DNA of 64,000 nucleotides from a virus. The stretch lies in IMG/VR virus record IMGVR_UViG_3300045988_117466, positions 68,519 through 132,518 of that record; one strand, given 5' to 3'. This document shows, piece by piece, positions 1 to 10,705 of this stretch; position 1 is the stretch's first letter; every line of letters begins with the position of its first letter. Made by a program: the position numbers and the translations under genes. Under the pieces are notes generated by a model that ran no database searches, was not told the DNA's origin, and worked only from the letters and a program-made list of their open reading frames with translations.

Positions 1-11
1 AATTTTCCTCC

Positions 12-3000
12 TTAATCTAAAGTAGTTGCTAATGTTTCTCCATCAACAACAAAAGAGCAACCAAAAGTCGCTCCATTCATAATATCTTGTCTATTTACAA
101 CAACACTTTTCATACCAGAGTGTTGTTCATTCCAATAAGTATCTCCGTCTGTATCAGATGATTTTCTACACCATTCAAAGTGATCTTCTGACCAATCGTT
201 TGTTACATCCGTACCATTTTTGGTGAGTGTGATGCTTAATGTAGATGTTCCGTCTACACCAAGTCTTGCTCCTGTAGAAGAAGTAAGAATGATGTTATAA
301 CCCATCTCAGTCATTTGAGAATCAAAATCATCCAGTGTGCTGTTCACACTTTCCTTAAAGGTCGTATACTCAACTCCCCACAAACCGCCTTTACCATCAT
401 AAATCTGTGTAATATCAATACCGCCTTGTGCGTTCGCCTCAACAGTAGAAAAGCTTAATTTATCTTTTGAAACCGATTTATCTCCAAGCATATTATTTAC
501 AATCAAACCATCAGCAATCGCATCTTTCGTAATACCTTGGCTTGTCATGATCGTTGCACCTTTATCGTCTTTGATAATAATGCTTGGATTTTTCTCTGTA
601 TCATAACCAATCTGGATGCCTACATTTCCTTCTTTATCTAAGAATTGCATAGCACTTCCATTCATAATGAAGTTGCCGTTCTCTGAAAGAATACGCATGG
701 TATCAGAGATTGTAATATCGCCTGCGGCTAAGTCACCGATAGTCATTTTGCCTGCAATACCATTAATGATCCATGCGGAGTCGAACTTTGCGTTTGCTGA
801 GGATAGATTGAATACAATACCTGTTTCTGTGGAAGAAGCACCGATGATTGCACTTTTAATGTTTGCTACTTCAGTTGTTAAATTCTTAAACTCACCAACA
901 TTAGCAATAACAACTCTTGCGTTAATATAATCGGCATCAATATACTTTGAAAAGAACTTCTCAAACTCAGCTTCAGTACCAACAATTTTCTTAACATTTG
1001 TTTGATTTGCTGTAATATTTAAAACACTGTTAGGTTGACTATTAATATACTCAACCATATTTCCAACAGCATTACCAAAACCAACAGATGTAGTTAATTG
1101 TCCCGTGATTGCTTTAAGAAGCTCTGGAGTAAGAATTGCATTGATACTTTCATCAACTCCAGTGTAAGCAGTAGAAGTGATAGAATTTCTGTTATTCTTT
1201 GTAGAAGAGTTTAATAAGAATACTTCATCATCTCGTTTTGCTTGAGATTTGATCATATTGGTAAATGAAATTTCAAACTTTTCAGATGGGTCTTTAGGAT
1301 TGAAACTAAAAGTGTACAATCTGAATTTCTCTAAATTACCATGACCACCGAATTCATTTCCATCGTCAATTTCTAACCAGATATAATCCCCAAGAACCAA
1401 TTGATCTAAATAAGGAGAGAAGTTCTCATCACACAATAAATTCTCAATCTGAGGAGAGTAGATATATTGTGGCTGGGCCTGTGAAGATAATTCCTTAACT
1501 GCAGCCTGATATAAATCTTCAGCTCGATCAACATAAGTTTCGATATCATCAAGAGTTGTGATCAAATAATTCTCATTTACATAATCAGTTGATACATATA
1601 ATTTGAGAATTGTCTGGCCCTCTGAGTTAAGATTTCCATCTTTGTCAATAAAATTAAAGTCTGGATTCTTCTTTAGGCTACAATCATCATGTGCTTCAGT
1701 TCGTTTATCTAAGTATCCCTGAACTTTATCACTTGCCTCTTTATATTCTTTTTCCCTTTCTTCAAGAGCGGCTTTTGCATCAGCTAATTTCTGAACATAC
1801 TCCTGATATTCTTTATAGTAATCTGTCTTATTATCAGAAACATCATATGGCTTGTCATATCCTTCTTTTACAAGAGTGTCAATAGAATTCTGATACATCT
1901 TGATACGAACTTTCAGCTCGTCAACACCAAACAATTCCCATGTAGTTTCCCACTTATCAATTGGCTTTATTTTGTCTTCATCTTGCTTAGGAATATTAGC
2001 TATTGCAATCTTAATATTTGGAATGACATTGTCCACATAAGCAGTATAAGAATACCAGCACATATCTTTGATCATTTGGGCTTTCAGATCATCTCCAGTT
2101 AAGATCGTTTCATATGTTCCATCTTCTTTCTTAATCGGCTCACCATTCTCATTCTTTTTAGCATATCCATACTCTAGTAAAATGAAATTAACAGCATCTA
2201 TATAGATGTCAAGTTGCTTCTGAAGTTCATCTTCCTTGAATGTATCCCAATCAGTTTTTAAACCATCATTAGGAACACGATTCTTAATTTCATCAGCAAC
2301 TTTCTTATATTTGCCCCACATTCTAGTGAGATAAGAATAATACTCTCTACGAGTCATTTCTTTTGAAGTTCCATCGTCAAGAGTATAAGTTACTTTTTCA
2401 TTCTTGGTGCTATCCCAATGTGTTCCTCTATATTTCAAATAAGCTTCATATTTGTCAATTAGATCCTTAGAAACCAATGGTTCTTTAAGAACGTATGATA
2501 AATTATCAATGGTAATTTCACCAAAGTTTACATATTTAATATCAAGATTCTCTCCACCGGCCACATTAAACTGTGTATAGACATCATTTGTTGCACCGGT
2601 TACACTTAAAGAATCAATATAGTTTGTTGTACTTAAAGAAATACCCGTGTCCTTACCAAGTTGACTGATATGATAACAATTGATCTTCCTATTTAATATG
2701 TCAAATGTGAACACGCATCTATAAGCCTGTGCTACTTTCTGAGTTAAGAAAGCATAAACATTAATAGACTCTTCTTCAAATGTACCTCTTACGAAAAACC
2801 ATTCATCTTCTCCGTTCTCATTTTGTCTCTTATAAGGAATAAGCCATTTGGTATTTCCCTCTTCATCAATATAAGATTCATCGACATGTCCAACAGACCA
2901 CCCCGGCAAGTTTTCAAGAACTAAATCTAATAAACTTAACTGACGATTATTGGGATCATATAAAGCAACATAGCGCTTTAAGATTTTATTACCTGTTAAT

Positions 3001-3437
3001 TTATCTTCGATAACATTCCCATCAGCAGTATATTCTTTACTTCCTGTTTTTCCTGTATTAACATAGAAAGTAACTAAATCTTTATTCTCGAGCTCAACAT
3101 CACAAGACTCAGCTTTGACAGTCTTCATCTCTGAATATCCATCAAACTGAACACTTGAGACCTCAGTGATCACAAAGTATCCGATACGATCTATATAAAT
3201 TTCCATTCCCTTATCTAAATATCCATATCCATTTGATAAGACAAAATTTGCATCATTATTAACATCAATATACTTTTCTACACTAAAACTCAATTCCCAT
3301 CTGTCATTAAGAGTAGCAGTGAGAGAAGTAGTAGAAGTGTCAATGCTATTCAAGGCGCAAATTGCCTTGCCTTCTGGATTCACCAGATAAAAATCATAGG
3401 GCTCTGTATGATTGAAAATGTCTTTTATAAATTCCAA
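12..3437 (-). CDS. tail-associated (Tal-like) minor structural protein, 1141 aa
   Basis: Complete ORF (ATG 3437, TAA 12-14) directly downstream of the Dit-like and tape-measure genes. N-terminal region resembles the siphovirus minor-structural-protein N-terminal module, with a long coiled-coil middle and beta-rich C-terminus. Argument from position, size and composition only. Confidence 0.65.
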   Translation of the reverse strand: MEFIKDIFNHTEPYDFYLVNPEGKAICALNSIDTSTTSLTATLNDRWELSFSVEKYIDVNNDANFVLSNGYGYLDKGMEIYIDRIGYFVITEVSSVQFDGYSEMKTVKAESCDVELENKDLVTFYVNTGKTGSKEYTADGNVIEDKLTGNKILKRYVALYDPNNRQLSLLDLVLENLPGWSVGHVDESYIDEEGNTKWLIPYKRQNENGEDEWFFVRGTFEEESINVYAFLTQKVAQAYRCVFTFDILNRKINCYHISQLGKDTGISLSTTNYIDSLSVTGATNDVYTQFNVAGGENLDIKYVNFGEITIDNLSYVLKEPLVSKDLIDKYEAYLKYRGTHWDSTKNEKVTYTLDDGTSKEMTRREYYSYLTRMWGKYKKVADEIKNRVPNDGLKTDWDTFKEDELQKQLDIYIDAVNFILLEYGYAKKNENGEPIKKEDGTYETILTGDDLKAQMIKDMCWYSYTAYVDNVIPNIKIAIANIPKQDEDKIKPIDKWETTWELFGVDELKVRIKMYQNSIDTLVKEGYDKPYDVSDNKTDYYKEYQEYVQKLADAKAALEEREKEYKEASDKVQGYLDKRTEAHDDCSLKKNPDFNFIDKDGNLNSEGQTILKLYVSTDYVNENYLITTLDDIETYVDRAEDLYQAAVKELSSQAQPQYIYSPQIENLLCDENFSPYLDQLVLGDYIWLEIDDGNEFGGHGNLEKFRLYTFSFNPKDPSEKFEISFTNMIKSQAKRDDEVFLLNSSTKNNRNSITSTAYTGVDESINAILTPELLKAITGQLTTSVGFGNAVGNMVEYINSQPNSVLNITANQTNVKKIVGTEAEFEKFFSKYIDADYINARVVIANVGEFKNLTTEVANIKSAIIGASSTETGIVFNLSSANAKFDSAWIINGIAGKMTIGDLAAGDITISDTMRILSENGNFIMNGSAMQFLDKEGNVGIQIGYDTEKNPSIIIKDDKGATIMTSQGITKDAIADGLIVNNMLGDKSVSKDKLSFSTVEANAQGGIDITQIYDGKGGLWGVEYTTFKESVNSTLDDFDSQMTEMGYNIILTSSTGARLGVDGTSTLSITLTKNGTDVTNDWSEDHFEWCRKSSDTDGDTYWNEQHSGMKSVVVNRQDIMNGATFGCSFVVDGETLATTLD

Positions 3438-3463
3438 TTCACTCTCACGCCTCCTTTCTGAAT

Positions 3464-4297
3464 TTAAAAAGCTCCAACCTTCTTAGGTTCGAGCCACTTG
3501 ATTTTTATTTTGCAACGACCTGTAATTTCAATCCGATTTTCTCCCGGGACAAGTCGTAGCCAATATAATTTTTGTACAGTGTCCATCTTGAACACATTTG
3601 ATAATACAATTCCTTTTCCATTCAGCTTAATAACTTGATGCTGACAATTGATCTCATAAGTACCTTTCGTATCCCATAAGTGCATTGTACTGTTATTGTC
3701 TGAATGATTTGTGATTTGAAGATCTGTCCAAAGCTCAGGGCTTTCAACTTCAATAATAGGATAAACATATTGTTCCAGCTCATCTGATCCACAATCAAGA
3801 ACTAAAGATCCATTATGATTAGGTGTTTCTAGTTTGTTTGTTAGGTCAAATAAATTACTTTCTTTTTCTACAAATCCATATGGTGCATTACACTCGAAGT
3901 CAACTTTTAAACCAGCAATTCCTCCAGCAAGAGCAGGAGTGACCTTAGTAACAATGGCATAATAAATGACATCATTCTTGCTACCATCACAACCATAGAA
4001 CTCTAATTTTCTATAGCTCTTAGGACTTGTTAACCACCTAGTAACTTCAGATACTTCATTTTCAGTAAATCGTTTCTGATCTTCATGAAGAAGAGTAATC
4101 TGGAATCCAAGTTTTCCTGAATATTTTGTATTATAGGCATGATAGATGTTACGATTCATAGTAGTTGAACCGTTTACGATCTCTCTATCAAGACTGAATG
4201 AATCTTCGGATTTGTCAAGATATCCAATGATCATTTTATGTGAAAAGTCCGATAGACTTTTATTGTTATAAGTAAAACTTACTGCATTTGAATACAT
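3464..4297 (-). CDS. distal tail protein (Dit-like), 277 aa
   Basis: ORF with SD (AAAGGAGAC) upstream. Canonical position between tape measure and Tal; size typical of Dit. Confidence 0.55.
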   Translation of the reverse strand: MYSNAVSFTYNNKSLSDFSHKMIIGYLDKSEDSFSLDREIVNGSTTMNRNIYHAYNTKYSGKLGFQITLLHEDQKRFTENEVSEVTRWLTSPKSYRKLEFYGCDGSKNDVIYYAIVTKVTPALAGGIAGLKVDFECNAPYGFVEKESNLFDLTNKLETPNHNGSLVLDCGSDELEQYVYPIIEVESPELWTDLQITNHSDNNSTMHLWDTKGTYEINCQHQVIKLNGKGIVLSNVFKMDTVQKLYWLRLVPGENRIEITGRCKIKIKWLEPKKVGAF

Positions 4298-4372
4298 AAA
4301 GTCTCCTTTCTAAAAAATTATCCTGTAAGATGTACAAACTTGTTTTTTAACCTTTACTTTTGGAAGTTATTG

Positions 4373-4579
4373 TCATATAATGACATTATTCGTATTTATA
4401 TACGATGCCTTGAAGGATATGTGGTAGGAAGGGGCATGTCGAGTGCTAAGAACATTACTTGTCGTGATTAGTGTGGCTGCGGATATTGCTAGCATAGCCT
4501 CACTCGTATTAACTGTACTCCAGTAACAAAAGATGATACATAGTTGTACGGAAGCAAAAGATTTTTGTATTTGACTCAT
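4373..4579 (-). CDS. hypothetical small hydrophobic protein, 68 aa (doubtful)
   Basis: ORF-track ORF with a weak SD. It lies in the non-coding island between the tape-measure end and Dit, enclosed by the 12-nt inverted repeat 4321-4332 / 4780-4791. Confidence 0.2.
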   Translation of the reverse strand: MSQIQKSFASVQLCIIFCYWSTVNTSEAMLAISAATLITTSNVLSTRHAPSYHISFKASYINTNNVII

Positions 4580-4686
4580 AATATCTACATACCTTTTTTG
4601 CCCAATTGGTGTGCCGGATACTAGAAAGAAAACCCACGTAATAGATTAGGCGAAGATAATACAAAACCTGCTGCTTTAAAAAATAA

Positions 4687-4715
4687 TTGAATCAATTCAC
4701 GATATGTGCTATGAT
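4687..4715 (+). promoter_or_regulatory. sigma-70/SigA-type promoter on the plus strand
   Basis: TTGAAT (4687-4692), 17-nt spacer, TGcTATGAT extended -10 (4707-4715). It points opposite to the surrounding structural operon. Confidence 0.55.
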
Positions 4716-4721
4716 GATATT

Positions 4722-4965
4722 GACAAGTAAAGTTAAGACATGAGCTTAGCCACTTCAAACCAAATTCAGTAAGAATGGGCATCTTACAGGAATTTGAATG
4801 ATGATTAAAGGATAGTAAAAGGAGGTTACAAGGAGATTAATACTTTGCACTTATCCCGATTGGGAATCTTCCCTTTAACGGGTTAATCCAATCATCACTG
4901 TGAATTTAATTAAACAAATTCACCCATGAGAGAAGACACTCACTATTTACAGTGGGTGTCTTTTT
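4722..4965 (+). ncRNA. candidate ~245-nt plus-strand transcript (sRNA or leader-peptide RNA)
   Basis: Bounded by the promoter at 4687-4715 and the intrinsic terminator at 4934-4965. Contains AAAGGAGG but only a 13-codon TTG-initiated ORF. Confidence 0.35.
4934..4965 (+). terminator. intrinsic terminator (plus strand)
   Basis: Stem AGACACTCACT / AGTGGGTGTCT with a 6-nt loop, followed by TTTTT. The U-run exists only on the plus strand. Confidence 0.6.
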
Positions 4966-4973
4966 CTTTACTT

Positions 4974-5192
4974 TTATAATAAATTTCCATCCCTCATAGA
5001 AGCAATTTCTTCCTTAATGTACATAGACTTCATTTTAGGAGTCAGCTCATCAAAAGGAGTTAATCCTTCATCATCCATATAGTTCATCAGAGCTCCCAGT
5101 GAAATTGAATACAGTCTATTCCTGTATTTCATTCGCATAACTCCGATTAATAAAATTCCAATAACAAGTAATAATAATAAATTAATTTCCAT
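4974..5192 (-). CDS. small single-pass membrane protein, 72 aa
   Basis: ATG at 5192 preceded by GGAGG. N-terminal LLLLLVIGILLIGV hydrophobic helix. Confidence 0.5.
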   Translation of the reverse strand: MEINLLLLLVIGILLIGVMRMKYRNRLYSISLGALMNYMDDEGLTPFDELTPKMKSMYIKEEIASMRDGNLL

Positions 5193-5206
5193 AATTTCCT
5201 CCAATT

Positions 5207-5237
5207 TTAAAAAGAGCCCATGCTTTCACATAGGCTC
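5207..5237 (-). terminator. intrinsic terminator after the tape-measure gene
   Basis: Minus-strand hairpin GAGCCUAUGU-GAAA-GCAUGGGCUC followed by UUUUU, 5 nt after the TAA at 5242-5244. Confidence 0.7.
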
Positions 5238-5241
5238 TACA

Positions 5242-8200
5242 TTATTTACCGATCGTAGGTTTACGACCAATTTTGTGATATTCTTTTAGTTTGTTAGCTT
5301 GCTCTTGATCATAAACCTGTTTTGCAACAACCTTAAGATCATTCAGAACACTCTTATCAACCATGCCTCCAGATTCTACTTTGATCAATGCATCATAATA
5401 AGAAGAGAAGTCTCCAGTACCAGTCATAATATCTTTTGTCTTAGAGGCTTTAACAACTGATTCAGAAATCTTAACAGCTTGTTTTAGCACATCAGATGTT
5501 TCTGGCTTCAGTAAGATTTCGTCTCTACGGACAGTAGCAATACCGTGATCATGATTACTTTGGATTACACCATTAAGTTTAGAAATTGGTATTACATCAT
5601 CAATGACACCACCGTTTCTTACACCTGCATTTTTCAGAGCTTTTAAGATTTTATTTGATTGAGCTTGAGTATATGTTTTCCCCTTAGCTAAATAAAATTC
5701 TTTACCCTTCTTAGAGTTTTTGCTAGTAATTACTCCGAGTTTTCTACCAAGGTCTCCCATTGGGCCTGGATTGTGTACAACATCATAACCCTTACTGGCT
5801 AAATAATTATTTAGAGGAGACCAGCTTTTAAGCTGAGCTTGAGTATAAGGAGTTCCTGTGTGGAATTTTAATCCTAATGACTTAGCTTTCTTTTGAGCAG
5901 GAGAAAGTTGAATTGTAACACTGAAACTTACTACAATTCCATTAGCCGATCTACACGTTGGAGTAATTGTTCCCTCATTGTCGCCTTTTGTGGCTGTAAT
6001 AGTACATGAACTACCAGAGCCTGACATTGTTACATATCCAAGGCTGTTAGGATACCAAGAAAATGATTGTCCAGCTCCATCTGGAGGAACAATATCAGAA
6101 ACAGTAACAGTCTTACTTTCTCCAGGGGCTAAAGTAATAGATGCTGGGCTAACACTGAAAGACATAAGATTATGTGCCTGTTGTTCGGGTGTTTTCATAG
6201 AACCACTAACACCACTAGCATTTCCAGTTTCAACTTTTGAAGAATCAACCTTAGAACCCGTAATACCAGTTGTACCAGTTACATTGGTATCAGGATTTGC
6301 AACATTATTAGTCACAGAGCTGTTCTTGTTCTGAGTATCTTTTGCGTTCTGTTCAGGTGTCTTGCCATTAGCAGAGCTATTGTATTCAGAATGATATAAC
6401 TCACTTAGACCATTAATAAGTCCAGAATTAATAGCAGTGTCATTAATCTTCTTAAAGACATCAGAATAAGAATCTCCAACCTGTTTTAAGAACTTGCTAA
6501 TAAGCTTAGATTGTTCATCCAGAGAACCGCTTAAAGATTTAAGCTGTTTATCCAAAGACTCTTGTAATTTTTCAGTCAGATCATCGTATCCTTGGGATTC
6601 CATAGAATATTGATGTTCTTTCTTAGTGTCATCCATCTGTTCCTGGGCATCAGCAATTTGAGCATCTAATTTAGCTCTTTGTGCTTTTGCAGCTTCTCCT
6701 TCGACACCCTCTAAAGCAGCACGCTGAGCTTCAAGTGCTTGCAAATCTTTTGTCTGACTCTTGATGTTTTTGTCGTAATCGTAGTATTCTTTCTTACGAC
6801 TCAATGCCTCTTTACGTTTATTAATGACTTTGACGAGAGCATCAACTTCAGCTTGCATCGTTGTCTTACCAAGTTCTACAATTTGATTCTTATAGTCATT
6901 GGTATTTGTTGCAGCCTCACGAAGTTGTTTGTTGATTTCAGCTAACTTACTTTCAAAAGTGGCATCGCCAACCATTCGTTTACCATTCTCGTCAAAAGTA
7001 TCATGTAATTTATAGAGAGCATTTCTTTGCTCCATAAGATCAGCCATGTTTTGTTGGCCTTGACGAACATTATCGCTCAAAAGAGCAATTTTAGCTTTAC
7101 CGTCTGTAGTCAACTTACCTGTGTCAGGATCGTTTAAGTAATCCTGATTCAGCATATTCATAAGATCGTTATTCTCATCGATACGAGTATTTCTCTTATC
7201 AATCTTACGACTGCTTTCATCAAGAGGGATCATAATAGCTTCTTGACGTAACTGTTCATTCTTTTCATCTAAAGAATAATTCTCTTCACGCCTTGAATAC
7301 CAATCATCATAAAGCTCTTTGTATCTTTCAGAATCCTTAGCAACCTTATTCATCAGTTCCTGATCAGTTTTCATGATCTCAGCATTGACAGCAGCTCTGT
7401 CATTATTTCTAGCAATCTGATCAGTTTTTGACTGTTTAGTAGCATAGTCGCCATGAGCTTCAGCCATAGAAGCAGTATGTTCTAAAGCAGTAGCAGCATG
7501 TTCAGCTTCATCTGCAAGTCTTGTCAATCTATCAATTTTGATCTGATCAATTTCTTTTCTCACATTTGCAATAGCAGTATCAGTATCAACAATATTATTC
7601 TTAAAAGTTTGAATCTGAGCTTCATATGTATTCTTTTGTTCATCTGTTAAGATTCCCTTTTTCTTAGCCTTATCATACTCTGCCTGATATTTATTCAATT
7701 CTTGTAGCTGAATATTTTTCTGATTCTGATATTGCTGAATCTGATTGTTTAAATTAGCTGTTTTATTATCAAAAGTATCTGTCCCTTGAGCAATATTAAG
7801 ATCATTGATCTTTTGATAGTTCTCTAGGATAGCAGACGTTTTAGATGCCATAGCATCATAATAACTAACAACCTTTTCAAGTTTGGTTTGTACCAGTTCT
7901 TGTTGTTGTTTCCTAAGCTCTTCAACTTGCTGTTTGCATTGTTTAGCTTTATCATACCAGTTCTTATATTCTTCAACAGCGCTACGAATCTTATCATTAC
8001 TAATAGTTTTGATATCAATAGACCCGTTACGTACTTTCTTGAAATAAGATTTTAAAGCTTTTTGGTTCTTAGCTTTTGAAGCTTTTTTTGTTTTAGGAGC
8101 TTTCTTAACTGCTTGTTTCTCAAAGCTTTCATAGAATTTCTTATATTTCTTATAGCCTTGATTATTAGCAGTGATAGAAGAACCAACACTCTTTAAAGCT

Positions 8201-8671
8201 TCATCGTAATCATTAACAGCAGAAGTAAGATCATGAACATTTTCTGCTTTAGCTGTCCAAAGATCAGTAGCAGCAGAAAGATTTTCAATCTTTACTTCAA
8301 TGAAATCAAAAGCTTTACCTATCTTATTAAGATAATTTTCAAGAGCTGATTTCTTAGATTTGGTTTTCTTCTTACCATTCCCAGAACCAGACTTACCAGA
8401 ACCGGTTTTAGATTTACTAGAAGAAGTAGTTTTCTTCTTTTTACCTACAGTAGTTTTACTACCATTAGATTTAATTTTAATTCCAGCAGAGTTAGCATGA
8501 GCAGATCCATGAGCAAATGCTCCTTCACCACCAACAATCTTAGCTCTACTTCCAGTTTTTCCTTTGTTTAGGAGTTCCTTTGTTTGTAGGTGATTAAATA
8601 CTATATCACCACGTTTGAGGTTCACAAATTCTGGGCCTTGAGACCCTACTGTAAACCATCTATTACCACGT
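5242..8671 (-). CDS. tail tape measure protein, exon 3 (about 1143 codons)
   Basis: The reading frame is open upstream of the ORF-track start back to 8670 (RGNRWFTVGSQGPEFVNLKRGDIVFNHLQT). No SD or ATG at its 5' end. Coiled-coil rich, with an Ig-like (Big_2-type) segment near the C-terminus. Joined to exon 2 by the intron at 8672-11024. Confidence 0.75.
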
Positions 8672-8862
8672 CAATTATGTTTTCATCGGTTCGCAACACC
8701 GACAAGAGTTTTCACTCCTCATGCTTTCACATGAGTTCAGACTATATCTTTTACCTGATTTTATTGTATGTATGTTTTGTTTGTTTTTTATTTGTGGGTA
8801 TTAAAAAAGAGCAGAAGTAAAATTACTTTTGCTCTTCGGTAGAGGTTAAATTAATTTGTTTA

Positions 8863-9750
8863 TTATGCTCCTATACTTCGCCATTTGCCTTTTGACCATT
8901 TGCAAATTTCTTCATCATCTATACAAAGGACATATTTTTTATTCCCGATTTTACAATTACAATGAATCTCTTCATCTCGGATATCCCACCATGTTAAAGA
9001 TCCTTTGATTTTAAAATTTACCTTAGTCCATGTGCCAGGTTTGAGATCGATGTATTTTTTATTCCCTGTTAGTTTTAAGTTTCTGTCATATTTTTTGTAA
9101 TCACAATCTAAAGAATAAGCACCTTTAGAATAAATACGAATTTTTTTATTACTTGCGTTAAAAAGCTTTGTTTTAAAAATATTTGATCGAGTATCGTATT
9201 TATGCAACCAGCCGTTCATATGAATGCTTTTATATGGTTTTACAATTACGGAAATTGTTTTTTTAAAAGTTGTTGTTTTGTCCCAGGCGTTTTTAATTAT
9301 ATGATTGTTTAAGTCATCATCATAGTTCCCATTTTCTCCATAGCGATAATCATCATATACAGCAAAATGGTCTTCATAACAATCAACACTTAATGTTATT
9401 TTGGATTTACCAAATTTCTTTGCATCAACATATGTATATAAATCTTCAACTCCAATTCCTTCATAAGAGTCTAAGGATATATTTTTATTAGATCTTGACC
9501 ATGAAATTGAATTAACATCCAAAGTGTATCCACCCTCTTCATCACCATAGTGCTTCCATAGCGTAGCATCATTTTTCATAAATTCCCCATTATAGTATAG
9601 CTTAGGAGTAATTTTTTTCATCTGTCCATAATACATTGTAATAGTTTTAGGGACAGAGATACTGAAACCTGCTTGAGCGCTTTTGGTGTTAATAATCCAT
9701 AAAAAACTAAACACTAATATAAAGGACATTAATTTTAAAAATTTTTTCAC
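8863..9750 (-). CDS. secreted protein (Sec signal peptide), intron cargo
   Basis: GTG at 9750 after AAGGAGGAGGG. N-terminus KKFLKLMSFILVFSFLWIINTKSAQA|G. Lies between the intron R and S elements. Confidence 0.6.
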   Translation of the reverse strand: MKKFLKLMSFILVFSFLWIINTKSAQAGFSISVPKTITMYYGQMKKITPKLYYNGEFMKNDATLWKHYGDEEGGYTLDVNSISWSRSNKNISLDSYEGIGVEDLYTYVDAKKFGKSKITLSVDCYEDHFAVYDDYRYGENGNYDDDLNNHIIKNAWDKTTTFKKTISVIVKPYKSIHMNGWLHKYDTRSNIFKTKLFNASNKKIRIYSKGAYSLDCDYKKYDRNLKLTGNKKYIDLKPGTWTKVNFKIKGSLTWWDIRDEEIHCNCKIGNKKYVLCIDDEEICKWSKGKWRSIGA

Positions 9751-9766
9751 AATAGCACCCTCCTCC

Positions 9767-10636
9767 TTAAAATTCCTTTGTAATCGGTTTTGTGAATGGT
9801 GTTTCACTTTCATAATAAGTATATTGCCCAGGGGATACCTTATCAGAATTTCCATAAGAAACTATTTCCATTTTGACAATCTTGTCCTTTGTTTCAAAAC
9901 TGCTTTCTTCCCACATAGATTGATATGCTTTTAAATTATAGTAGTATAGAGATTGATCGCTTACTACGGTTCCATTTTTATCATAAAAACGAATATCAAT
10001 ATTGGCCATATCATAATCATAGTCTGTTAGATTTTTGATTTTTATTCTATATGTCCGATATCCGTATGTAGATGCTTTGACTTCAATTTTTTCAATTTTA
10101 TACGTGTCATCTATAAGCGTGGCTCCTTTCGGACAATATCCATTCTCTTTTATAAGTTCGTCATATGATTTCTTATCCCCTTTGGTTGTAAAAGAAAGAT
10201 GTGTCTGATCAACTAACTTTTTTAGAATTTCCGCACGCTGGCTATTGTATACATAATAATTGTATTGTATCTTAGTCGGAGCACTGGTGTAATCATCAAA
10301 TAAATCATTTTGTGTATTTAAGGTTTTAATATATTCAGAAATTAAATTTTGTGTATTCTTGTTTTCGAATTGGATTTTAGTTTCTGAATATTTGTTTAGT
10401 GGTTTTAATTCAGTAGCGATATACTTTTGCATCATAGCTGCGTAGTCAGATTGAGATTGATTACTATCATCGGTCTTATCACTAATCTCCCATCTTTTTT
10501 CGAGCCCAGTTTTTAAATCATTTGCTACTTGTTTGTCTGTGATTTTGGCTTCTTTTTGAGGAGCATCTTTCCCACAAGCACAAAATAAACATAAACTTGT
10601 AAGAAGCATACATCCAATTAAAATTTTCTTTTTCAT
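9767..10636 (-). CDS. putative lipoprotein, intron cargo
   Basis: ATG at 10636 after GGAGGG. N-terminus MKKKILIGCMLLTSLCLFCAC|GKD (signal peptide with a lipobox-like Cys). Lies inside the intron. Confidence 0.6.
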   Translation of the reverse strand: MKKKILIGCMLLTSLCLFCACGKDAPQKEAKITDKQVANDLKTGLEKRWEISDKTDDSNQSQSDYAAMMQKYIATELKPLNKYSETKIQFENKNTQNLISEYIKTLNTQNDLFDDYTSAPTKIQYNYYVYNSQRAEILKKLVDQTHLSFTTKGDKKSYDELIKENGYCPKGATLIDDTYKIEKIEVKASTYGYRTYRIKIKNLTDYDYDMANIDIRFYDKNGTVVSDQSLYYYNLKAYQSMWEESSFETKDKIVKMEIVSYGNSDKVSPGQYTYYESETPFTKPITKEF

Positions 10637-10668
10637 ACATTTTCCCTCCATAATTTATTTATAAAGCA

Positions 10669-10705
10669 ATTATACATTATTTGACATGTTTTTCATAGAG
10701 AGAAT
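10669..10705 (-). promoter_or_regulatory. candidate SigA-type promoter inside the intron, upstream of the lipoprotein ORF
   Basis: Minus strand reads ...ATGAAAAACATGTCAAATAATGTATAATTGC. Perfect TATAAT at 10674-10669 preceded by TG; weak -35. Confidence 0.35.

Noticed and set aside
5214-5237. Hairpin with the same AUGUGAAAGCAU GAAA-tetraloop motif as the intron P9-like hairpins (8718-8735, about 27988-28005), considered as an intron remnant
   Set aside because: It lies 5 nt after the tape-measure stop and is followed by a U-run with no other core elements nearby. It is an ordinary intrinsic terminator that happens to use the same tetraloop.
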